Notes under the pieces: model-generated | The model's database searches: none | What the model was told of the DNA's origin: nothing | The model's input: the letters and a program-made list of their open reading frames with translations, nothing else | Shown: piece after piece, positions 1 to 8,490 of the stretch | Layout of the letters: each line of letters opens with the position of its first letter | Position numbering within the stretch: the stretch's first letter is position 1 | Program-made: the position numbers and the translations under genes | Assembly: GCA_048941265.1 (NCBI GenBank) | Contig: JBHLNT010000100.1 | Span: 1 to 14,825 of the forward strand | Source of the DNA: Promethearchaeota archaeon | GTDB lineage: Archaea; Asgardarchaeota; Lokiarchaeia; Sigyniarchaeales; SOKP01 | Length of the DNA: 14,825 nucleotides | Direction: 5' to 3'

Positions 1-1929
1 TCTAGTCTATTCTATAAAGAAATAGCACAAATTTTTCAATTTGATAGTTTTAACGAAACTTGGGACACTCTATTTGAGATTGGTGCTAATAAAACACAAA
101 TTAACGATATTTTAGAAAGTTATCTAATTTTTTGTGCCTGTATAAGAAAAACAATTCCAAACATGGCTTCAGAACTAAATGGTTCCATTGAAAGAGAAAA
201 ATTCATGAAATTTAATATAGAATACTATATAAAAAAGTATGGAGTAGATGAAAAGGATGTTCTAATAATTACAGGAGGAATTCACTCAGTTGCGTTAGCA
301 GATACAGTTCCGAAAAAAATTTTATTTCCAGAAAAAGGCTTGTTTAATTCTTTAGTGCCTTATTCCTTTTACAGAATGAGTGAAACATATGGCTATGGTT
401 CTGGGAATCAAGGGCCTCAATTTTATGAATATATATGGAAAAATATGATTAAGGATACTCAATATGCTTTTGAAGCGGCTGCATTGGAGTTAATAACAGA
501 TATATATAGCGATGCAAGAATAAAAAAATATGATATTTCTGTTGTTGATTCAATAAATACTTTTCAAAGTGCTAAAATGCTAGCTATGATGCGTAGAAGG
601 AATGAACCTTGTTTAAATGATATTATAGATGCCATATATATGAGTTTAGTGAAAGGTAATCCGGATATAGAAGGAGCCTATTTAAAAGAGTTCATAAGAG
701 ATAGAGTTGTAGGATTTAAGATTGGGAAAATTACAAAATCAATTAAGCAATTGCCTCTACAAGCAGATTTTTACTTAAGGTTTGAATCTTTTAACATAAA
801 TTTAAAAGAGAAATCAAAATTACATAAATTAAACCTTAGGGATGAAACTGATCAAAAGAAATCTCACCTTTTTTGGAGAGTTAAATATCTCAATCTTGGT
901 ATTTTAGAACGAAATAAAGGACCAGATTTATTACAGGGAGTGAGTGGAGTATTTGAGGAAGAATGGATTCTTAGTTGGAATCCAAATGTGGATGCAAAGT
1001 TAATTGAATTGAGCAATTATGGTTCTACTATAGAAGAAGCAACTAAAAATATGTTAATAGAGGAATCAAAAAAATATATTAAAGATTTCCAAAAGATTTC
1101 TTTATTATTATATCATACTTTGGTCATGGGATTACCTACTCTATTCCCTCATATTGTAATAGTATGTATTGATTCTCTGGACAAAGATGATAAATTTTTG
1201 ACTTTATCACGCGGATTTAGTAATCTTATCATAATATTTAGATTGCTTCACATGATGAAAAATCAAGGATATAATCTAAATCTTATTAACAAACTAATTT
1301 CAAGATGCTACTTTGCATCTTGCTTTTCTCTTCCAATGATGGCAAATCCACCAAAAGATTTAGAGGATACATTTATAATTGCTGTAAAGGATATGGCTAC
1401 AACCTTAATTGGGCTCTCTACAATAAAATTAAATATTAATATGTTCGAAGAGGGCTTAAAAACCTGTATAGATAATTCTGATAATGATTTTATAAGGGGT
1501 GGATGTATAGGAATTCTCTATTTAATGAATTCTATACAAATCAAAGATATTGAATACTTAATTCGTGAATATGTGCAAAGCGAAGATTCCATAAAAGTTA
1601 GAGTAGGAGAATTTGTTAGAGGCTTGATTTTTGTATGTCAAACAAAGTTATTATATAACAGTGATATTATAAAATTACTTTCCGAAATTATTGAGAACAT
1701 AGAAACCAACATTTTTCTGAGCATTGTTCCATCGCTCAGGAAAACATTCTCTGAGCTTAGTTTGAGGGAATATGAAGTATTTGTGGAGAAAATTGCAGAA
1801 TTATATGGATTAAAAACGTCTAAATTTAAGGAATTAACGGAGAAAATTGAGGATAAATACCTTTTATTTTTTTTTCAAATTAACGAGAAAGTCTATAAAA
1901 TTTTCAAAAAGTGGTTTAATGAGGTCTAA
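1..1929 (+). CDS. DUF5682 / YehM-like protein, 5'-truncated (partner of MoxR-AAA/VWA systems)
   Basis: Frame 1 is open from base 1 (SSLFYKEIAQIFQFDSFNETWDTLFEIG...), so the start lies upstream of the window rather than at 163. Family-typical motifs: WDxLFE, EREKFM, ITGGIH, LVPYSFYRMSETYGYGSG, EEWILSWNP...YGSTIEEA. Directly followed by a VWA gene. Confidence 0.85.
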   Translation, partial: SSLFYKEIAQIFQFDSFNETWDTLFEIGANKTQINDILESYLIFCACIRKTIPNMASELNGSIEREKFMKFNIEYYIKKYGVDEKDVLIITGGIHSVALADTVPKKILFPEKGLFNSLVPYSFYRMSETYGYGSGNQGPQFYEYIWKNMIKDTQYAFEAAALELITDIYSDARIKKYDISVVDSINTFQSAKMLAMMRRRNEPCLNDIIDAIYMSLVKGNPDIEGAYLKEFIRDRVVGFKIGKITKSIKQLPLQADFYLRFESFNINLKEKSKLHKLNLRDETDQKKSHLFWRVKYLNLGILERNKGPDLLQGVSGVFEEEWILSWNPNVDAKLIELSNYGSTIEEATKNMLIEESKKYIKDFQKISLLLYHTLVMGLPTLFPHIVIVCIDSLDKDDKFLTLSRGFSNLIIIFRLLHMMKNQGYNLNLINKLISRCYFASCFSLPMMANPPKDLEDTFIIAVKDMATTLIGLSTIKLNINMFEEGLKTCIDNSDNDFIRGGCIGILYLMNSIQIKDIEYLIREYVQSEDSIKVRVGEFVRGLIFVCQTKLLYNSDIIKLLSEIIENIETNIFLSIVPSLRKTFSELSLREYEVFVEKIAELYGLKTSKFKELTEKIEDKYLLFFFQINEKVYKIFKKWFNEV

Positions 1930-1933
1930 AATT

Positions 1934-3376
1934 ATGAATATTAAAGATGAATCAGTTAATACCTCATTTAAAAGTTATGAAATTTATAAAAATCTAACAG
2001 AACAGCAGAAATTGTCATTGACAAGATGGAGATTAATTCTTGGAGAAAAAGCTGAGGATCAGGGAATTAGTAATATTGCAGGTGACCAATTTTTAGGTAA
2101 AAATGACCCCAAAATGAGTAATAATCAACCAAAGGAAGCCCCAAAGCAAAATGCAAATACTAAAGGAGGTATGGGTACAAATCCAAATGCATCAAGTTCT
2201 AACAGTTCCAATACTAGGGGACAAGCGGGAGGGAAAACTAGTCTCAATAAAACAAAAGTCAAAACCCCTAGCAAGCAGAATTATGGAAGAACTAACTTCA
2301 AACCAAGTAATGCTGGAGGTACTCATCCTTCTACTGGCAATCAGCCAATGACCACTAAATTTAAAGATATTGATAACACTTTGAATTTAGTGTATAATAC
2401 AGCTCAAGAAAAAAGGGGAGCAAATTTAGCATCTAGCAGGCTTTCTATTCCAAAATGGATTGAAAACGTAAAAAATTTGTTTCCAAATAAAGCTAAAGAA
2501 GTTCTTGAAAATGATTTAGTAAAGAAATCAAAAATTGCAGATTTAATAAAACATCCAGAACTATTTGATAAAGTTGAGCCAAATCTCGAGATGGTTAAAA
2601 CCATTCTTTCATTGAAAAATATGCTTTCGCCCAATGTTAAAGATGTGGCTCGAAGGGTAGTAAAAAAAGTGGTAGAGCAGATTAAAAATCAATTAAAATC
2701 TGAAGTGGAAAGACATATTGTTGGAGCCATTAAGCGTGATTCTCATACTCCAGTAAAAGTTTTTAGAAATATTGATTGGAAACAAAGTATTATGCGCAAT
2801 TTAAAACACTATGATTCAAAAATTCATAAATTAATAATGGCAGAGCCGCGTTTCTTCACGAATGAAAAACGCCGTAAGGCGTGGCAAATTATTGTATTAG
2901 TTGATGAAAGCGGTTCAATGGCAGACTCCGTTATCTATTCCGTAATCATGGCCTCCATATTTTCAAGTTTACCAGCAATCCATACAAACTTAATTATATT
3001 TGATACACAAGTCGTAGATTTATCAAAAAAAATTGATGATCCTGTAGATATTCTTATGTCTGTACAGCTTGGAGGGGGAACTGATATAAGTAAGGCGGTA
3101 AGATATGGGCGAAGTTTGATTAAAAAACCAAAAAAAGCCATTATGGTCATTATTAGTGATTTCTATGAGGGAAGACCTGTATATGATTTAATAAGAGCGT
3201 TAAAAGAAATTTTAGAGGGGGGGACTAAAGTTTTGGGTATAGCATCTTTATCTTCAAATGCTAAACCTTTTTATAATAAACAATTAGCTAAAGAAATCCA
3301 TCAGTTAGGAATTGATGTAATTGCATCAACACCAGAAAGTTTTCCGGAAATCCTGGCCCGTTTAATGAATTCTTAA
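1934..3376 (+). CDS. VWA domain protein, CoxE/YehP-like
   Basis: N-terminal RWRLILG, MIDAS DESGSM, GGGTDI and ISDFYEG motifs. Start moved from 1847 to ATG 1934, which lies 4 nt after the upstream stop and has GAGGT (1921-1925) as a Shine-Dalgarno-like site. Confidence 0.9.
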   Translation: MNIKDESVNTSFKSYEIYKNLTEQQKLSLTRWRLILGEKAEDQGISNIAGDQFLGKNDPKMSNNQPKEAPKQNANTKGGMGTNPNASSSNSSNTRGQAGGKTSLNKTKVKTPSKQNYGRTNFKPSNAGGTHPSTGNQPMTTKFKDIDNTLNLVYNTAQEKRGANLASSRLSIPKWIENVKNLFPNKAKEVLENDLVKKSKIADLIKHPELFDKVEPNLEMVKTILSLKNMLSPNVKDVARRVVKKVVEQIKNQLKSEVERHIVGAIKRDSHTPVKVFRNIDWKQSIMRNLKHYDSKIHKLIMAEPRFFTNEKRRKAWQIIVLVDESGSMADSVIYSVIMASIFSSLPAIHTNLIIFDTQVVDLSKKIDDPVDILMSVQLGGGTDISKAVRYGRSLIKKPKKAIMVIISDFYEGRPVYDLIRALKEILEGGTKVLGIASLSSNAKPFYNKQLAKEIHQLGIDVIASTPESFPEILARLMNS

Positions 3377-3377
3377 C

Positions 3378-5540
3378 TTATCCATAATCTTTTATTAGAC
3401 GCACATAGTTTTTTTCTTTCTTTAAATAACCCAAATTACAGGCTTGATTAAAATGTGCGTAAAATTTCTTATCCATGATATTCTCTAAACCTGCAAGAGT
3501 TTGGAATTTAGAGAATTCCATTAATCCATTTCCACTATTCTTGGCAATATTTATTAATGTTTTTATATTCTTGTTTAAGTTTTTCTTGTATAGTTTAGAA
3601 GTCTCGTTTTTCTTACCTTTGATTTTAAGAATATTATTTCGCATACGTGATTTTGTAATGCTATTAATATCTGAATAAAATGTTACGCCAAAATCCTTTA
3701 ATTTCTTGAATTCAGAAGATTTTGAAAAAATATCTAATTTATATATAATTTCTTCAATTGAACGGTTTGCTAACAATACTTTTTCTTCATCTTTTCTTTC
3801 TCTAAAATTTTTTATGAGTTCTAACTCAGAATGGCATTTCGGAGAGGAGGATAAATTAATATCTCTACGTTCCAAACTTTTCGACAATTTTAACTGTTTA
3901 GCTTCTGTTAATACATATTTCATCTCATTTTCCTTTCGACAAGCTACAAGATGAAAAGGAACATCAACGGTTCCACTTGTCATTAAAATATAACATCTTC
4001 CATTATAAGATCTTCCGGTTCTTCCTCGTCTTTGAATTAACCTAATTTCTGATGGAACTGGTTCATAAAAAATTATACTATCAACATTTGGGATATCTAA
4101 TCCTTCTTCAGCAACACTGGTTGCTATTAAAATATTTATAATATTCCTCCTAAATTCATCTAGAATCTTAATTTGCTCATTTTGAGAGTAACCAAAATCA
4201 TCAAATTTCGTTGATTGTCCTATAAATTTTTCAATTTTAAGTTGTTCGGAAGTGAGAAATTCCTTTACTAATTTTGTTTTCAATAATTCAGCTGTTTCTC
4301 TATATTGGGTAAAAATAATCATTTTTTTATTATTAAATAATTCCAACTCTTCTTTAATTATTGATATTAGTTTATCAATTTTAGGATGATGCGAATCTGA
4401 ATAATTTAATTTTTTAAATGAGGAAGTTATAAACTTAAAGTGCTCCGAATTGGCAATCCTTTTAGCAGATAAAACATCTTGTTCTGCTTTATAAGAAATT
4501 TTTTCTAAAAATGACCGAAAGAGGGAAATATCCTGTGTTTCCAATAAATCTTTCGCATGAAGTAATGAAATACAACTAGAGCTATAAGAGAATATAGATT
4601 GAATATTCAATTTTTTCTCTTTCACAAGATCAATTATTTTAGGTGATTGAAAAGATAATTGTTGCGTGAATTCTTCATCAAATATATCTGAATTTAAAAA
4701 TTTTTCATACTTTAAAGATAATGTTAAATCATGACATATCCTTAAGAAATCTATTTTTGAGTAATATTTTTTATATGGATTAATTAAGTTTCTTTCAATA
4801 AAAAATCTTAAAAATTTTTTAAATAAGTTATTCCAGACTCCACTAATTTCAAGATAGTTTATTGGTAAGTCCACTTTCTCTATAAAAGTATCGATATCGT
4901 AAATATAACGCTCCACATCTTCATCTTCATGTGATTTATATACAATTTTTTCTATACATAAGTTATCACATAATTGTTGAATACGATTAAGATCTTTTCC
5001 TGGAGATGCTGTTAAACCTAGAATTAATGGATCTCCACAGGTGTTAATATATTCATTTGAAATAAAATTATAGGCATAATTGCCCCTAGTTCTATGTGCC
5101 TCATCAAAAATTATTAATGCTACTTGACTTAAATCGTATCTGCCTCTCATTAAGTCGTTTTTAATAACTTGGGGTGTAGATATTATGATTCTTGAATCAT
5201 AAAAGCTGATAATTCTTCTTTCAGGAGATATTTTCCCAGTTAAAAGAGAAATTCCATTTTTATCCACATCTAAAAACTTTTCACATGAAGCCTTATGTTG
5301 CGCAACTAAGGGTCTAGTTGGTGCTAATACTATTATTTTTGCTTTTCCATTATATTTCTCAAGCGCATTAGCTATTAATAGAATACCAATTATTGTTTTT
5401 CCAAGTCCAGTTGGTAAAACTACCAAACTATTTTTTGCCTTACAATTCTTTACAATATTATCTTGGTAATGCCGGTAATGTATGGTATTTTTTTTTATAA
5501 AATTACTATTAAAATACTCCGGAGTGCTACTGAGATTCAT
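3378..5540 (-). CDS. hef: Hef/Mph1/FANCM-family DEAH-box SF2 helicase (no recognisable C-terminal ERCC4 nuclease)
   Basis: Motifs LPTGLGKT (I), PTRPLVAQH (Ia), STPQ (Ib), DEAH (II), TASPG (III), FTQYRETA (IV), ATSVAEEGLDIP (V), QRRGRTGR (VI), with a helical insertion between the RecA domains as in Hef. Confidence 0.9.
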   Translation of the reverse strand: MNLSSTPEYFNSNFIKKNTIHYRHYQDNIVKNCKAKNSLVVLPTGLGKTIIGILLIANALEKYNGKAKIIVLAPTRPLVAQHKASCEKFLDVDKNGISLLTGKISPERRIISFYDSRIIISTPQVIKNDLMRGRYDLSQVALIIFDEAHRTRGNYAYNFISNEYINTCGDPLILGLTASPGKDLNRIQQLCDNLCIEKIVYKSHEDEDVERYIYDIDTFIEKVDLPINYLEISGVWNNLFKKFLRFFIERNLINPYKKYYSKIDFLRICHDLTLSLKYEKFLNSDIFDEEFTQQLSFQSPKIIDLVKEKKLNIQSIFSYSSSCISLLHAKDLLETQDISLFRSFLEKISYKAEQDVLSAKRIANSEHFKFITSSFKKLNYSDSHHPKIDKLISIIKEELELFNNKKMIIFTQYRETAELLKTKLVKEFLTSEQLKIEKFIGQSTKFDDFGYSQNEQIKILDEFRRNIINILIATSVAEEGLDIPNVDSIIFYEPVPSEIRLIQRRGRTGRSYNGRCYILMTSGTVDVPFHLVACRKENEMKYVLTEAKQLKLSKSLERRDINLSSSPKCHSELELIKNFRERKDEEKVLLANRSIEEIIYKLDIFSKSSEFKKLKDFGVTFYSDINSITKSRMRNNILKIKGKKNETSKLYKKNLNKNIKTLINIAKNSGNGLMEFSKFQTLAGLENIMDKKFYAHFNQACNLGYLKKEKNYVRLIKDYG

Positions 5541-5726
5541 TTAAATTATACATAGAAAATTCAAAATTTAAAACAGACATGTGTGCAGAATTTTTAGAAT
5601 CTTATTTCATAGGTTATAAAGCCTAAAGAGATATAATAAGAGAAATTATGAAAATATAGATTTAAATTAAGAATAAATCTAAATTAATATAAATTAATTA
5701 AAAAATGTTATTAGAAGGTAAAAAAA

Positions 5727-7145
5727 TTGAGTTCTAATCACAGTAGTTTATTTGAGGAAAAACTACCTAAAAATACAAAATTCGCATTTGGGATTGGCCA
5801 AACCGTGCATGTAATTTTATCAAATGTTGCGTTTGCTGCTATGACTTTTTATTATAATGTAAAATTAGGATTAAGCGAAGAATTCATTGGTTTAGCTTGG
5901 CTTATTTTCGCATTTTGGAATTCGATAAATGATCCCCTTTTTGGTTTTATTCAAGATCGCACTAAATCTAAATGGGGTCGCAGAATTCCATATATTCGTT
6001 TTGGAGCACCAGTATATGGAATATTGTTTATTTTGGTATGGTTCCCTTTGGTCGATATATCCAATGAACTAGCTCTATTTGTTTATCTACTCTTTATTTT
6101 ATTCACATTTGATAGCATATATACCATAGTGGGGCTTATCTATTATTCATTGCCCGCAGAAATGGCGATATCGTCAAAAGCACGAGCCAATTTAATGATT
6201 TATGGTTCAATATTCAGTGCTTTAGGTTTTTTAATTTCCCTCATATTACCCGTACTACTTCTTACTGGGAATGAATCAACATCAGTAGACCCTATTTTTT
6301 TGATTTCGATGGTTATCGTAGGAATTGTGTGCGCTGTTGTGTTATTTATTTGTAGTTATTATTTGAAAGAGAACGAATACACCCAAATCGAAGAGGCTTT
6401 GGGAATGGTAGACAGTTTAAAAGAAACTTTTAAAAATAAACCATTTCTAATATTTGAGGTTAGTATTTTCAGTTTCATTCTCGCACAGACAATTTTAACA
6501 ACAGCCATTTTTTATTACATAGACTATGTTCTAGAATTAGGTGGTATTTTAGCATTGCTTCCCATATTAGTTTTTTTTGCGATGGTATTCGCATTTACTT
6601 ATAGTTATAGTAAATTGGTTGCGAAATATGGGTTAAAGAAAACATATATTTTTAGCCTAATTTTAAGCGGTTTGGGATTTATCATAGGATTTTTAATCGG
6701 ACGTACTCTATTAACTGCGATAATCTTCTTTGTCATCATTGGTATCGGTTTTTCGGGGATCTTTTTAACACAGCAAGCTGTATTTGCTGAAACTATTGAT
6801 TATGATGAGATCCTTACCACAAAAAGGAGAGAAACCAGCTACAGTGGTGTTAATGCACTTATTACTAAACCAGCAATTTCAATTGCTAATTTCCTCTTTT
6901 TGCTAACAATCTCATCTTATGGATTTCAAAGAGCTTCTCAAACACAAACAGAAGCTGCTCAATTAGGGATTATGGTTGGATTCACGATTTTACCTGCAAT
7001 ATTTATTCTAATAAGCCTTATAGCGATTAAATTCTTTCCCTTAGATGGTCCAAAATGGAATGACCAAAAACTTGAATTGAAAAAAATTCATGATGAGAAA
7101 GAAAGAGCATATCTTGCATATCTAAAAGAACAGGGTGCTATTTAA
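5727..7145 (+). CDS. MFS transporter, glycoside-pentoside-hexuronide (GPH; MelB/UidB-like) family
   Basis: About 12 hydrophobic segments; NDPLFGFIQDRTKSKWGRRIPY and IDYDE...KRRE.SYSG signatures; TTG start preceded by GAAGGT. Confidence 0.9.
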   Translation: MSSNHSSLFEEKLPKNTKFAFGIGQTVHVILSNVAFAAMTFYYNVKLGLSEEFIGLAWLIFAFWNSINDPLFGFIQDRTKSKWGRRIPYIRFGAPVYGILFILVWFPLVDISNELALFVYLLFILFTFDSIYTIVGLIYYSLPAEMAISSKARANLMIYGSIFSALGFLISLILPVLLLTGNESTSVDPIFLISMVIVGIVCAVVLFICSYYLKENEYTQIEEALGMVDSLKETFKNKPFLIFEVSIFSFILAQTILTTAIFYYIDYVLELGGILALLPILVFFAMVFAFTYSYSKLVAKYGLKKTYIFSLILSGLGFIIGFLIGRTLLTAIIFFVIIGIGFSGIFLTQQAVFAETIDYDEILTTKRRETSYSGVNALITKPAISIANFLFLLTISSYGFQRASQTQTEAAQLGIMVGFTILPAIFILISLIAIKFFPLDGPKWNDQKLELKKIHDEKERAYLAYLKEQGAI

Positions 7146-7159
7146 CTTTATTTATTCTA

Positions 7160-7195
7160 TTTTTTTTAATTATAAAATGGTTATTATAAAAAAAA
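7160..7195. terminator. Probable bidirectional oligo-T terminator between the convergent MFS and TPR genes
   Basis: T8 at 7160-7167 (+) just after the MFS stop and A8 at 7188-7195 (T8 on minus) just after the TPR stop. The AT-rich background lowers specificity. Confidence 0.5.
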
Positions 7196-7225
7196 GTAAT
7201 ATACAAAAATTTTAATGCAGTTCTC

Positions 7226-8260
7226 TCATTCCTTATTTTCCGTAAGAAAAAAGAATTTATATCTTGCGAGGGAGTTATTAGGATCAATTTCTAGGGCTTT
7301 TTCATAACAATTTAAAGCTTCATCATACTCTTTGTTATATTCATAAGCATAGCCCATATTCATCCATATATTAATATCATCTTGTTTTACCTCAAGAACT
7401 TTCTTATAGCTTTTGATTAATGGGATATTTTTCCTTATGGCATGATCTGGGGCTAAATTTATTGCTTTTTCGTAATATTCGATCGCACTTTCATAATCTT
7501 TTTTAGCAGCATAAAGATTACCTACATTTAGCCAAAGGTCAATATCGTAGGGAGCAATTTCTGTTGCTTTTTCATAACATACTAGTGCTTTTTCATATTC
7601 TTCATTTGCCCCATAAATTAAAGCCAAACCTTCCCAGGCTTCTAAGTTATATGGATCTAACGAAAGGATGTTTCTATAGTTTTCTATCTTCTTAGCATTT
7701 AGCTCCTCTTTAGTAGTATCTTCAGTAGAATCTGGTATTAAAGATATTATTTGTTTATAGATATTAATCGCATTCACATCATCATTTTTTAACTCATATA
7801 TATTTGCTAATGAATCCCAGGCATCTATCAAATCTGGATCTAATTCAACAGCTTTAGTATAACTTTCAATAGCTTTACTGATTTTATTTTTTTCTTGATA
7901 GGTTTTCCCTAGTCCAAACCAGATCTCTGCATTATCCGGATCTAAATCAATAGCTTTGGTATAACATCTAATCGCTTTATCGTATTCCTTTCTTTCTAAG
8001 TTTAAAATCCCTAAATATTTCATTACAAGTGGGGATTTTTTATTCAATTCCAAGGCTTTTTTTGAAATTTTCGCAACGTCTTCTGGGGACATTTCTTTAA
8101 AATTTAATTGAGTATGAACATATCCCATCATAATCATAATTTCTGCATTTTTGGGATCTTTTTCTAAAGATTTTTTTAGGAAGCTCAAGGCCCCTTCGAA
8201 ATTCTTTTGTTTTATAAAATTCTCAGCAGTTTTAGAAGTCTCTTGAATTTCCATCGCCAT
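7226..8260 (-). CDS. Tetratricopeptide repeat (TPR) protein
   Basis: Repeated W..LG..Y......A...Y.KA.ELDP units along the whole length. The true start may be the second ATG at 8254, 6 nt from AAGGT. Confidence 0.92.
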   Translation of the reverse strand: MAMEIQETSKTAENFIKQKNFEGALSFLKKSLEKDPKNAEIMIMMGYVHTQLNFKEMSPEDVAKISKKALELNKKSPLVMKYLGILNLERKEYDKAIRCYTKAIDLDPDNAEIWFGLGKTYQEKNKISKAIESYTKAVELDPDLIDAWDSLANIYELKNDDVNAINIYKQIISLIPDSTEDTTKEELNAKKIENYRNILSLDPYNLEAWEGLALIYGANEEYEKALVCYEKATEIAPYDIDLWLNVGNLYAAKKDYESAIEYYEKAINLAPDHAIRKNIPLIKSYKKVLEVKQDDINIWMNMGYAYEYNKEYDEALNCYEKALEIDPNNSLARYKFFFLTENKE

Positions 8261-8344
8261 ACCTTAACATCAAATTTGTTTCAAAGTTCGCTATAAAATA
8301 TAAAGAAACATAGATTAATAAATGTAAATTAAAAAAATAAAAGT

Positions 8345-8438
8345 GCCATAACTATTTTTTTTTTAAAAAGTAATAGATTCACACAGTTATGGCGGGTTTA
8401 TGGGTTTATGTTAATGCATCCAATTTGTTAAAAACCCA
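8345..8438. repeat. Two adjacent inverted repeats in the intergenic region
   Basis: GCCATAACT (8345-8353) / AGTTATGGC (8385-8393), perfect 9 bp; TGGGTTT (8401-8407) / AAACCCA (8432-8438), perfect 7 bp. Confidence 0.7.
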
Positions 8439-8490
8439 CTAATCATATAATCTTATAGATTACAATTCTAAAGAATAATTAGATTTATAA

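Noticed and set aside
163-1929. ATG 163 as the start of the first gene
   Set aside because: The frame is open to base 1 and the upstream residues contain a family motif (WDTLFE); the gene is truncated by the window.
1847-1933. 29-aa N-terminal extension of the VWA ORF
   Set aside because: It would overlap the upstream gene by 83 nt; ATG 1934 has a good RBS and tight operon spacing.
2151-3150. Short ORFs 2151-2351 (+), 2404-2634 (-), 2935-3150 (-)
   Set aside because: Fully inside the VWA gene with no motifs; alternative-frame or antisense shadows.
3475-3954. Short ORFs 3475-3678 and 3706-3954 (+)
   Set aside because: Antisense to the Lys-rich helicase C-terminus, which explains their Phe/Leu/Ser richness.
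8345-8393. Hairpin as a SECIS element
   Set aside because: No tandem GA/GA core on the 3' arm and no in-frame TGA in the flanking genes.
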